Assembly (NCBI GenBank): GCA_008632985.1
Contig: QPGO01000010.1
Span: 62,001-126,000 of the forward strand
Direction: 5' to 3'
Origin: Psammoneis japonica
Lineage: Eukaryota
Length of the DNA stretch: 64,000 nt
Part shown: positions 13,374 to 25,149 of the stretch, in pieces
How the letters are laid out: every line of letters begins with the position of its first letter
Position numbering within the stretch: position 1 is the stretch's first letter
Program-made: the position numbers and the translations under genes
The notes under the pieces: model-generated
The model's database searches: none
Seen by the model: the letters and a program-made list of their open reading frames with translations, nothing else
Told to the model about the DNA's origin: nothing

Positions 13374-16300
13374 ATGGTGTATCAACAGGGCGAGGAATTT
13401 GAAAACGAATCGGAGAATAGTGAAGAGAGCGAGACGGTCGATGGTTCTCCGGATTCAACGTTTGACTCGAGTCAATCAACGTCGGAGGCAATTCTCGATC
13501 CTGCTCCAGAGTCTCCAGACGACGAAGAAGAGTGCAAAGAAGTAGATTTCGGTGATGACATACCTGATGACTGGTACATGCCAGAAACTTTGGTCGCACC
13601 AAACATTCCCGTCCATCAGGATTATCAGCACAAATTGACCCCTATTCCGCTTTCTCAAGCTGAGCTAGATATTCACACCATACCCGGGCCACATGCTGCA
13701 GAGAATGTTACGCATGACGCCTTGGCTATTCCGGAAGCAGTCCCAACGCAACCGACTCAACAAAGTTCAAAGTCACCTGAAGGAGAGCAAGACATCTTGG
13801 ATTCGACTGAGGGGAAGACTTTCTCTTACCGGGCTGAGTCAATTGATAGGAACCCCCCTCCGTCGAAGCAGATATCGCTCTCTTCACTGTTTCTAGAGTC
13901 AAAAGGCTCTAGCGAACAGCATCGATACACAGTGCCAAATGTAGATTCATATGACTCAAACGCTTCAACGGGCGACTCCCTTTATGGCGGTGTCGCATCT
14001 ACGCATGTGTCTGACAGAGAGAGTTCCGGTTCGACGCGGGGGTCGTCAAACAAAGTTTCCGAGGGCTCAATGTCGAATGTGGCAGTATACAATAGTCCCG
14101 TAGAACCTCGTTTGTCTTCTATGAGAGAAGAGATGATGACACACACAGCCAATACCAGAGCAGATCACGACGACTCAAAATCTGATCCTTCTGAGGAAAT
14201 CTTCGCACTCCACGCATACGATGAAATGATGGACGACGATACACCAATTATGCGACAAATTAGTACGTGGTCGTCGTCATCGTCGGGGTCGGATTATGAT
14301 GTTCCTGGGGAGTCTGCCATGTCTGCAGTAGCGATATCCAACGAGCTCACGCAAATCACGTTAGAGCCGAACTTTCTGAATGAAGTCCAGCATGAATTGA
14401 GCACTCACAACCGATTCGACCACATCACTTTTCCACAACCGGGAACAAATCAAACCTTCTGGCAAAGGAACCGGGATACAGAACATGAATCGTTACTCGG
14501 AGAAACTCGCCGTAGTGACGAGGGTACGCGAGGTTCCGCTTTAGACGCTGGGTACCACCACCGGCGAAAGAGGCTGACGAAGTTGTTGATGGAAGCAAAC
14601 TTACTACAGGGATCAGACGGAACGGAGGGACGCAGTGACGAGAATCAGACTCAAGAAACGCGAATGGCAAAGAGCGAAGACGTTCAATATTCTACCATCA
14701 ATTTGATGCGAACTGAAAAACGTATGGGTATCAAAGCACTCGTCGCAGGAGCATCTTTTCAACCAAAGCCTGGAGAAGGTCCCTTGCGGAAAAAGAAGTC
14801 TTCTGCAAAGAGTTACAGCGAACTGCTGCGGTCATTTGAGACGTTGCTGGGCGCGCTTCTTCAACTTTCCGATGAGCTGGAGCTGTGGAGTTCCTTTGAC
14901 AAAACTTCAAACACGACCAACGCAATTGTTTCCGTCGATGCGATGAAAGCTGTTCTTGGCTACGCACCTGCATTGAATCAGGTATTTTCTCGGATAAATC
15001 CAATCCTAGAGAATCTTCTGGAAGAAGGCGTTGAGGTGGAAAGTGGGTTAGATGCTCTAATGACCCGAGCTTACAGAATAGTGCAACTTTTGTGCGATGT
15101 GACATATCGGGTGTGCCAACGCCAACAATGGAATCCGAGGGCAGAAACCGCGTTTGTTACTCTTCTTGAGTTGCTAGATCGAACCGTCGTCGAAGTCACG
15201 TCAATTTATAACGAAGACGACATCCCAGAGTTTCGAATGTCTACACGACACCGCCGTGCCTGGGTAGCGACTGGGCATGTGCAAGAGCTGAAAGCACTTT
15301 TTGTTCAGACAGAGCAAGACTCAGAGCTTTTCCGGCAAATATGCTATGATGTTTTGATTAGCACTGATTACTGGTGCCCTGAACCTATACTTCTGGGTAA
15401 AGTCTGCGGTGTCATCACCGAACAAGCAGAAGAATTGCATGCATCACTAGATGCTCGCATGGCCCCAATTCCCCCGCCCGCCATGCATGTTTTGGACAGT
15501 ATTGATGGCATGCCTCTACCTCGTGCAGCCATCATGAATCGTGTCCTCCGCCATGTCCTCCCACCCTCGGCAGTACGTGATCCTAGTATTGCGAGAACAG
15601 CTTTCAGTCTTCCAAAGCCTGGATACGCCGGGAATGTTTTAGCCATATCTGCGGCCGCAGAGGTCTTGAACGATTCTGAATCTCTTGGTTTAGAGGGTGT
15701 GGGTAAGACAACCGTTGCTGCCATGGTGGCCAGCCACGACGACGTTCGACGTTTTTTCAGAGACGGTGTTCTGTGGGTGCATGTAGGCTCTCAGCCATTG
15801 ACTTATCGCAGATACACCCAGTGTTTACGTGAGCTTTGTTCCCAGTTGGTATTCTATGACGGAATCCCACTTTTTGCAGAACTCTTGCATACACCAGGCG
15901 AATCAACAGCATTACGTCGGAGGCGGGAAGAAGGTTTCATGATGTATGCTCGGGACGCGGTGGCAGAGCTTTTGCGGATGCGCAATGTGCTACTAGTTCT
16001 GGACGATGTCATGTACGCGTCCGATGTCGAATGGTTTCGATTCTCATCAGCTGCAAAACTAAGCACTGCCTCCTCTTCAATCTCATCAAGCGATGGCTCG
16101 TTTTACATTATCGCAACGACTCGATGTCGGGATCTACTACCAAAACCCGATACAATTGAAGTGGATTTGCTGGATGATGTGGAGGCCATGAAACTCTTTC
16201 TCATGGAATCAGGGTATCCGCCAGATCACGAAATAAGTAGCTCTCAAGAAGCTAGATCCATTGTATTGGAATGTGCAAATCATCCTATGGCTATAAAAAG

Positions 16301-19300
16301 TGTTGCGAGATGGATGAGACTAAAAAGGGCGACATCGGGGGTGATAAACAGCACAGAAGAGATCTACAACGATCTTGATTTTGTTTCAACACGTAACATT
16401 GGCGAATTAATCCGAAACGGGAAAGCCGAAGAAGCGAACATGACTTACGAGATCATGAACATCAGCTTTTCTCCGTTCGTGAATGGACAGCCCACCCCTG
16501 TCATCAAATTCTGCTATGCGGCGTTTGTTGACATTTTTTATCCGCAAGACCGACACTCAAAATTCTTTGCTACAAGCGATGTTGCGCATCCGTTGGTTCC
16601 GATGGAAATAGCCGATCTCCTTTTTCAAGCTGTGTTGAATGTCGAGAAAGACAAGTTATTTTACGAAGGGAGTCCCTTCTACGAATCTCCGGATCAAGCC
16701 ACGCACTTGATCCTCGAAGCTTTATCCGCTTTGGGCGTTCTGAAAATTGTTTCGTCTACAGGGGATGGCGTCCAACAAGAGGAAGATAACCCGTCGACCT
16801 CAAAGACCCAGATGTTCTTGCTACTCACTCATACGATCCAACGTGAGTACGGGGAATACTTGTCTAAGGCGTTGCAGGGTGTAACATCTGATACAGAACG
16901 AAGGTGGAATCGTGCCTTCGCGGAGGCTTGTCTTTCACCAAAGAATGACTGGGCTCAACGTGCTGCCACTGCCTCAAAGGAATACACTTCCGAAATGATC
17001 ATTTCCCACATGATACGTGGTGAACTTTTTGAAGAATCTGCGGCACTATTGTCGGACAAAAATTTCGTTCGAAGCCGACTCTACAGTCTTGGACCCGAAA
17101 ATGCTACATATAGGCAGATCGAGGATTGCGAAATACTGTGCGACAGACTTAGAGAAAAGCAAGACGATAAAGCGAAGGAATCACTTGTATACATGGAATG
17201 GGCTTACCGGCAGTTGTCAGAGACGATCAGCAGAGAGTTAAGTGAAAAGGAAAAGGATGAAGCTCAAGAGCTTACAGTTGAGTCAGGGAGGGCAAACTTT
17301 GAAATGGGGCTGTCACTAGCAGAAAAGGGATGTTGGAAGCCAGCCATATTACACTGGGAGCAGAGTCGAAAGATGTTGGCGTCTTCTCTGGGGGTTGTTG
17401 AATTTGTGGCCGCAATTCTTTTCAACATGGGAGTGGCACTCTCGCAGCTGAACCAATATGATCGCGCAATGGAAATGCTTAAGCAGAGCCTTCAAGTCCG
17501 AAGGTTTCTTCACGGCGAAGAGCACGTGCTCTATGCTCAAACAATTCGGAAAATCGGAGATGTATTCCTACAAATGAATGACTACGATGAAGCCCTTGAG
17601 AGCTACAGTTGGGCATTGGAAATATTTCATTTAGATTTGCGTCACAACAGGCTAGACGTCGGAGATATTTTGGAGAGGAAGGGGGACCTTCACTATCTGA
17701 AGGGTGACGTTGCTGCGGCGCTTTCCTTTTTCGAATCTGCGCTAGAGTCCAAAAGGGCAGAATTAGGCAAGGACGATCCCGAACTTGCTTCAACATATCA
17801 ACGGATAGGCAATTGCTTGTCTGATCGAAACAAGACCGAGGACGCTCTTCGCAATTTTGACGATGCCATTAGAGTCTTAGAATTAGATCCTTCCCAGGAC
17901 GATGATCGAGACGCGATGGTCTTTTCATTACAAGGAGTAACGTACAACCTTAAAGGATTGCAAGACGAAGGTCTAGAGTGCTATGAAAAAGCCCTCGACT
18001 TGCTAAAAAGAGCTACGTCGAATAAGGATGCGAAAATTGCTGAGCTTCTGAATCTGATTGGATGTGTATATCTTGTGAAAGGAGAGCACCTTGCAGCTAT
18101 GAAGCTTTTTGAAGAAAGCTTGCAGACTCGTCGAAAAAATGGAGGGTTTGTACATGTCGACACGTCAAGCGTCCTCTTGAACATGGCATTTTTGCACCAA
18201 GCACGGGACCACCCTAAGAAAGCGCTTCGATGTTTGGAAGAAGCTCTCAAAATTCGTCAGCTGCGACTCCCAGAGAGCGAAAAAGTAGCTGTTACTCAAG
18301 AGCAGATAGGTGCTCTGGCGAAGGCACTAAGAAAGCGGCACAAAGCCGAAATTGCTTTTGAGGAAGCACTTCGCCTTAGAATTGTGATAAACGGACGAGA
18401 GCACAAGTCCGTTTCTGCAATCTTGTGTGAACTTGGAGCGCTCATGAATGACTTCAACGAATTTGAAGAAGCGATGACATATTTTGTAGAAGCGCTAGAA
18501 ATTCGAAGGAAGACCTTTGGCGACGACCACGAATCTGTGGCGTCCGTTTTGTACAGCATGGGCTTCACTTTGTATAACGCTGGGAGATATGAAGGTGCAA
18601 TGCACTGTATCGACGAGGCTTTGATCATTAGGAAAAGTCAACAAGGTGATGATGCAACAAAGGAAGTTGGTGACACTCTCAATATGTTGGGATATTTGAA
18701 GGCAAAGCTTGGTCATTTTAATGACGCTTTGTCGCTTCTTCTTGAGGCTCTAGCTGTACGAAAGTATCACAATGACAAGATCAAAATGGCAGAGACGCTA
18801 ATGAATCTTGGCAACGTTTGCCGCGAGAAAGGAGAGAATGATTTGGCGCTAGGACATTACAAGGAATGCTTGAGTCTGCGTAGAAGCGAACTTGGAGATG
18901 ATCATGGTAAAGTGGCGGACGCTTTGATTGCCATCGGAAACATCCGTAGCGACATGGAGCTTATGAACGAAGCGATGAAAGCTTACGAAGGAGGTAAGTT
19001 CCTTTGGAATAGGTTCGTTGTTGACTAGGATGATGCTCAATGTTGTCTTTCTTATCATGCCTTGACGTTAGCTCTTGCAATAAGAAGTGCCTCGCATGGA
19101 GACAACGATGAAATGGTAGCAAAGCTCTACCAGTATATGGGGATGATGGAATTCCGTTTTGGGGACTCTCACAGGGCAAAGCAACTGCTAGAAGAATTTG
19201 TTAGAATAAGAAGAAAGAACGAAACCGATAATGACGGGGAATTCGTAAATGTATTATTCATCATTGGAAACATCCATAAGATGAACAACGAGAGGCACTA

Positions 19301-19520
19301 CGCACAAAAGAATTGGTCTGAAGCTTACAGTATCTTACAGGATCGAGGACTCACTAAAGAGAACCCGCAGCTGGAAAAAGCAATGAGACGCTTGCTTGAT
19401 TCTGGAGAAGGCAGTTCCGGTATACCCAATCTCCTGTCAGGACTCAAAGACGAAAAGATACCTCAAGAAAACAAGGGCAGACCCCCAACCAAAACGACGC
19501 GCATGCCAAAGACATTGTAA
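13374..19520 (+). CDS. NB-ARC (STAND P-loop NTPase) plus TPR-array protein of about 2000 aa; 2 exons
   Basis: Walker A GLEGVGKTT, Walker B LLVLDDV, IIATTR, a CANHPMAI GxP-like motif and many kinesin-light-chain-type TPRs. Intron 18994-19071 (gtaagt...ttag) joins the 19062-19520 ORF in frame. Confidence 0.85.
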
Positions 19521-19581
19521 TAGTTCAGTTAGCAATGTTGTTAGTAATAAGACGACAGATAGGTAGCACCGTGATAATTTA

Positions 19582-21123
19582 TCATCTAGCCAAGCGCGTT
19601 CTAAAAAATCGAGTCCATCTCTCACTGTCAACCACCTTGTCGACGTCGACAGAGCAGAATCGCTTTTCCTCCAGCGCTTGTTCAAAAGATAGTTTCAGAT
19701 CGTATTTACCACGGGGAGACGCATGAAACTCCGGTACCATGCCTTGCTCCATTGACATGGATGCCTTCAAAAGCTTGTCAGTAAGTTTCTTTGAGGGACA
19801 AAGGAGAGGAAAGTCTGCCAACGTTGTGAGATGAAGCTCTTCCGTGGCGAATTTTTCAACCGCTTTTGCCACGGCAGTACGAGGTAGGCCCTTCTTGAAC
19901 AATTTCTTTTCGAGAGCACGAACAGCAATCATGTCAAACTGTACTACTTTGTCATTCGAATCGTTTTTTGTTATTGCGTCCATGTAACCGGCTTGTGTTT
20001 TGAGTTTCTGGCAAAATTGAGCCGCTTCTGGGATCATGTTGCAATAGAATCCTGTGTGCATATCGTTTTCATTGTGTTCATGCATGTTGAATACCCGAAC
20101 ATCCTCAAAGTTGCTATCCCATTTCTTCTTGATTATCAACGGGCTATTGCTTTCCATTTTATCAAAAGTTTGATTCAAGAACTTCTCGATGGTAACAATT
20201 TTCTTACCACCATTTTTCCCTCCGGGCCAATGTTGCTTCATGCGTGCACGCTCCTCCGGGATTTCCGCAAAGGGTGGGCTTGGATCGAAGCGCTGATAGT
20301 AACGACTCGGGAGCCATTCATGGAATCGTCTATACGAAAAGATGACTCGGACGTTCCAATGCTTTTTGAACGGCGTGAGTCGCCTCCATAAGTGCTGTTG
20401 CAAATCGTAAGTTCCAAGTCCTGAGAAGAGTTCTTCTGAAACAAAGATCGTATGATTCATGCGATAATGGAAGTGGACTTTTTTTCTGAACTGTTTCCAC
20501 TGCTCATTGCATTCTGCTTTGTTTTTAAGCTTTGCATCCGCACACAAGTTGTACAGTTGATGTAGGTTCTTCTCCTTATTCCTGCCGTGTCCGAGATAGT
20601 AAACGTTATCCCTTTCTAGTTCTTCTGCATACTCGTTGGCGAACCATTGCAGTGTAGTAGTCGCCGTTTTCTCTGGACCGACATGTAGTATAAACAATGG
20701 CTTGTCACTAGTTACGACGTCACGTTGAATAGCTTTCGTCCTGCTTCGCGTCCCGTCGTCATGCTTTTTCCTTTTGGCTGTTCTGTTCTCCTGCGGCTTC
20801 TGCTTTTGCGTTTTCTTGATGCGGCTTGTCTTCTTCTTTTTTGGAACTGATCCCAACGGAAGGTTTCCTTTTGATATCTCAACGTTGCTCTTGTTTCTGG
20901 CCTGTGCTCTGGTGTTGTTTTTGTTCCTGCGATTGCCGAAGCCAAAACCAAAACGGGTTGACCTCCTCGGCACCGGCGCTATCTTATCAATTTGTAGAGC
21001 CCGTCCCCTGTCCATTTTTCCCACGAGATACCCTGCACGAAACAATAGCAGTGGATAAACAAGAGAAAGAGCAAGCGTTGCGGCAAGGAAAGTTTGTCGC
21101 GCCTTCATCGCTTGGTTCATCAT
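19582..21123 (-). CDS. Type II membrane sulfotransferase-like protein (P-loop fold)
   Basis: N-terminal TM helix; LHVGPEKTATTTLQ (5'-PSB-like loop), SEE, YRRFHEW and C-terminal FCSVDV, all shared with paralogues in the window. Confidence 0.75.
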   Translation of the reverse strand: MMNQAMKARQTFLAATLALSLVYPLLLFRAGYLVGKMDRGRALQIDKIAPVPRRSTRFGFGFGNRRNKNNTRAQARNKSNVEISKGNLPLGSVPKKKKTSRIKKTQKQKPQENRTAKRKKHDDGTRSRTKAIQRDVVTSDKPLFILHVGPEKTATTTLQWFANEYAEELERDNVYYLGHGRNKEKNLHQLYNLCADAKLKNKAECNEQWKQFRKKVHFHYRMNHTIFVSEELFSGLGTYDLQQHLWRRLTPFKKHWNVRVIFSYRRFHEWLPSRYYQRFDPSPPFAEIPEERARMKQHWPGGKNGGKKIVTIEKFLNQTFDKMESNSPLIIKKKWDSNFEDVRVFNMHEHNENDMHTGFYCNMIPEAAQFCQKLKTQAGYMDAITKNDSNDKVVQFDMIAVRALEKKLFKKGLPRTAVAKAVEKFATEELHLTTLADFPLLCPSKKLTDKLLKASMSMEQGMVPEFHASPRGKYDLKLSFEQALEEKRFCSVDVDKVVDSERWTRFFRTRLAR

Positions 21124-21622
21124 TGTCTTCTCGTCTTATCCCGTTTTTGTTTGTGGTCGGTGATGGTCGTGGATTTTCAATTTGCAGTGCTTTTCGAGGG
21201 TTCACTTTTTTCTTTTTTCTTTGTGACGGTCATTGACTTTTGTGAGTCATTTTACAGTTCAATGTTTAGGGATGATAACCGCTCGCCACTCGTCAGAATT
21301 TGTCAGAATGTCTGCTTGATGGATTGATTGGACGACTCGATCGATCGACTCAAGAGACGAGCGTTGAAGCGACATTTCGACTGATCCGACTACTGGATTC
21401 GTCTGGCTGGCGTCCGATGCAGCATGGAAACTCCGTCTGGCTATCGACCGATTTTTCGAGTTCGCCGTCCGACGAGCGAGCGAGCGACGATCGACGATGA
21501 TTGATCGCGCTTCTCGCTTCCGTTGCTGTTGCGGCAGCAGAGAAGAGACATATGGTACCGATAATTCAGTGCTCCAGCAAGAAGACACCCGCAACAGTAC
21601 GGTAGAGTAAAGCTTATCTACA

Positions 21623-22754
21623 ATGGCAGCGATAAACATGGAAGTAGACGCACCTACTGGAAATGGCGACGGTGTTAAGAAAAGGGCTTTGGATATTCAT
21701 CCGGTAGGTTTGCTTTTGCCTGTTCGAGATGCAATGAATTTTCCTGCTCGCATCTTGTATCTTGTATGATTCAGTGACTTTTCCAAGCCATAGGATTGAC
21801 TGTCGTATCTGACTCTTGATATGAGGTACACTGAACAATGTTTGCTCCGTTCTTTCTCTTAAACAGCTTGCGTTGGTTCACATGGCTGATCAGCATACGC
21901 GTATCAAGTGTGGCGGATCCGTCCTCAGCATCGATTCTCCCGTCGTGGGTCTGTTGTTTGGGCAGAGTGGAACGATTCAAGATGCAGAAGATATTTCAAT
22001 CTCGGCGTCCGATCCGACGGCAAAGCAACAGGTATCGCTTCATCAAGCGGTCTTTCCTCGGAACGCTGTTGTAGGTTGGTACCGTGTGGCGGACAACGAT
22101 GCTGCCCCTACGGCAGATGATGTGAGAACTACTCAGTCACTACAGCAGCTGTATACAGCGGACGATTTCTGCTTTCTCCTCTTGCAAGTCGCCAACGGCA
22201 GTGGTGAGCAGGAACAACCTAAAGGACCGCAGCAACAGCCACTCCCACTCTCCATCTATAGGATGCACCCTGATGGATCTGTATTGCTGGAAGTTCCGGA
22301 CTGGCAGTTGGCAACGACGGAACCGGAGCGCATTGCCATTGAACGCGTCGTTAGGGAAGAGCCCACATCATCAAAAGAGAACCAAGATGCCGGGATATCA
22401 TCTGCCTTTGCGACGCAGCTAAGCACCGTGGAGGATTCCCTCCTGTCCATGAAGGAACGCGTAGACGTCATTTTGTCCTATCTACAGTTTATGCAAAATG
22501 TCGAGAATCCCAGTCACGCTCAGCTGGAACTCTTGCGAGAGATCCAAGGACTCGTATGCCAATTGGGTGCCTTGTCTAGTTTTGATGCGCCCGACAAGAC
22601 CAGTGCGCGGCTTGTTTCACATTTGGGGGCCGTGGCAAAGACCGTGGTTGCCATTCAGGGATACACGGATAAGGTGCGGGTTCTCGCAGAAAGCCGCAAC
22701 GCTCGGGCCACGCGAGATGCGAAGGCATCCACTGTAGCCAGAATGGCTTTCTAG
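21623..22754 (+). CDS. CSN6: COP9 signalosome subunit 6 (MPN domain); 2 exons
   Basis: Exon 1 21623-21703 and intron 21704-21866 (gtaggt...aaacag). Spliced sequence LDIHPLALVHMADQHTR...VVGLLFGQ...VVGWY...EPERIAIE...LLREI matches the CSN6 pattern. Confidence 0.8.
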
Positions 22755-25149
22755 AAACGAGAGTGTAAACAACAAACTACTAGAGGGGTTCATTTGTTTA
22801 CATCTCTTATCTAGCTCTACCGTCTTTAGTCGATTGGTGAATCCGAAGTGTTTTGGGGGTAGGTATTGAGTTCCCACGTATATCCGTGCTCTTTCAAGAG
22901 TTGATTGAACGCGACTGCATGGGGGCAGTAGCCCTACATTGCTTCAAGCTTTGCTCGAAGGGATGGCTGCGAAGCCATACACTGTAGCCAGAATGGCTTT
23001 CTAGAAACGAGAGTGTAAACAACAAACTACTAGAGGGGTTCATTTGTTTACATCTCTTATCTAGCTCTACCGTCTTTAGTCGATTGGTGAATCCGAAGTG
23101 TTTTGGGGGCAGGCATTGAGTTCCCACGTATGTCCGTGCTCTTTCAAGAGTTGATTGAACGCGACTGCATGGGGGCAGTAGCCCTACATTGCTTCAAGCT
23201 TTAGTTGGATAAATGCTGTGTGATGATGCTGTGCACAACACATGCCCAAATGTGTGTGCGGAGAAGGGACTCAACAATTAGCCGAGTGGTGGTTTCTTTG
23301 CCTCTTGGGTTGTTGAGAACCTCCCGCACTCGTTAGGCAGTGTACAGCATTCTGAGTGGTTGTGAGTCTTTACGCTTCCTGAGGTCGCTGGTTCGAGTCG
23401 GCCTCAAATCCAAGCCTCCTTTTCTTTCTCGGCCTGCCCCTTTCCAACCCCATCCGGGGTGGGTGTGCTCAGAACACTGTGCACCACCTGACGAGCACGG
23501 GAGGTTCTCAACAACCCAAGAGGCAAAGAAATTGCCACTCGGCCAACTGTTGAGTCCCTTCTCCGCACACACATTTGGGCATGTGTTGTGCACAGCATCA
23601 TCACACAGCATTTGTCCAACTCTCCCTCTCGCCGCAGGATGGGTCATCGCCATGTGGCGCATCCGCACAGCGGACTCACGAAATTTTGACCATGCACTCC
23701 CTCTGTCAGGCAGGCGGATGGGTCAGCGCCATGTGGCGCATCCGGCCAATGCCAAGGGAGGAGTGGGTTCGAATCCCAACCGCCCACCCCGGATGGGGTT
23801 GGAAAGGGGCAGGCCGAGAAAGAAAAGGAGGCTTGGATTTGAGGCCGACTCGAACCAGCGACCTCAGGAAGCGCAAAGACTCACAACCACTCAGAATGCT
23901 GCATACTGCCCAACGAGTGCGGGAGGTTCTCAACAACCCAAGAGGCAAAGAAGTTGCCACTCGGCCAATTGTTGAGCCCCTTCTCCGCACACACATTTGG
24001 GCGTGTGTTGTGCACAGCATCATCACACAGCGTTTGTCCAACTCTCCCTCTCGTCGCAGGATGGGGTGTCGCCTTGGGGCGCATCCGCACGGCGGACTTG
24101 CGAATTTGTCCATGCACTCCCTCTGTTGGGCAGGCGGATGGGTCAGCGCCATGTGGCGCATCCTGCCAATGCCAAGGGAGGAGTGGGTTCAAAGCCCAAC
24201 CGCCCACCCCGGATGGGGTTGGAAAGGGGCAGGCCGAGAAAGAAAAGGAGGCTTGGATTTGAGGCCGACTCGAACCAGCGACCCCAGGAAGCGCAAAGAC
24301 TCACAACCAGTCAGAGTGCTGCACACTGCCTGACGAGTGCGGGAGGTTCTCAACAACCCAAGAGGCAAAGATGTCACCACTCGGCCAATTGTTGAGTCCC
24401 TTCTCCGCACACACATTTGGGCATGTGTTGTGCACAGCATCATCACACAGCATTCATCCAACTCTCCCTCTCGTCGCAGGATGGGGCATCGCCTTGGGGC
24501 GCATCCGCACGGCGGACTTACGAAATTTTGACCATGCACTCCCTCTGTTAGGCAGGCGGATGGGTTAGCGCCATGTGGCGCATCCGGCCAATGCCAAGGG
24601 AGGAGTGGGTTCGAAGCCCAACCGCCCACCCCGGATGGGGTTGGAAAGGGGCAGGCCGAGAAAGAAAAGGAGACTTGGATTTGAGGCCGACTCGAACCAG
24701 CGACCTCAGGAAGCGTAAAGACTCATAACCACTCAGAATACTGTACACTACCTAACGAGTACGGGAGGTTCTCAACAACCCAAGAGGCAAAGAAATTACC
24801 ACTCGGCTAATTGTTGAGTCCCTTCTCCGCACACACATTTAGGCATGTGTTGTGCACAGCATCATCACACAGCATTTATCCAACTGCTTTGCTCGAAGGG
24901 ATGGCTGCGAAGCCATACACTGTAGCCAGAATGGCTTTCTAGAAACGAGAGTGTAAACAACAAACTACTAGAGGGGTTCATTTGTTTACATCTCTTATCT
25001 AGCGCTACAGTCTTTAGTCGATTGGTGAATCCGAAGTGTTTTGGGGGTATGTATTGAGTTCCCACGTGTATCCGTGCTCTTTCAAGAGTTGATTGAACGC
25101 GACTGCATGGGGGCGGTACATTGCTTCAAGTTTTGCTCGAAGGGATGGC
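22717..25149. repeat. Tandem triplication of a ~250-bp segment spanning the convergent 3' ends of CSN6 and the sulfotransferase gene; copy 2 is interrupted by an insertion
   Basis: actgtagccagaatggctttctag... recurs at 22731, 22981 and 24919. Confidence 0.9.
23203..24885. mobile_element. Non-autonomous foldback-like element with 261-bp terminal inverted repeats, AG...CT ends, a 5-bp TSD (gcttt) and an internal ~421-bp tandem array
   Basis: Ends are agttggataaatgctgtg... and ...cacagcatttatccaact. gcttt lies at 23198-23202 and 24886-24890, while the empty site caagctttgctcg is seen once in copy 1 at about 22945. TIRs are 23203-23463 and 24625-24885; units start at about 23468, 23890, 24310 and 24732. 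Confidence 0.9.

Noticed and set aside
23487..23500. ctgacgag resembling the hammerhead ribozyme core CUGANGA in a tandem repeat
   Set aside because: The least-mutated unit has ctaacgag, so the motif is a mutation product, and no properly placed GAAA core was seen.
23710..23790. A bona fide tRNA gene
   Set aside because: Only a T-arm-like hairpin and an enclosing stem are seen; there are no canonical D and anticodon arms.
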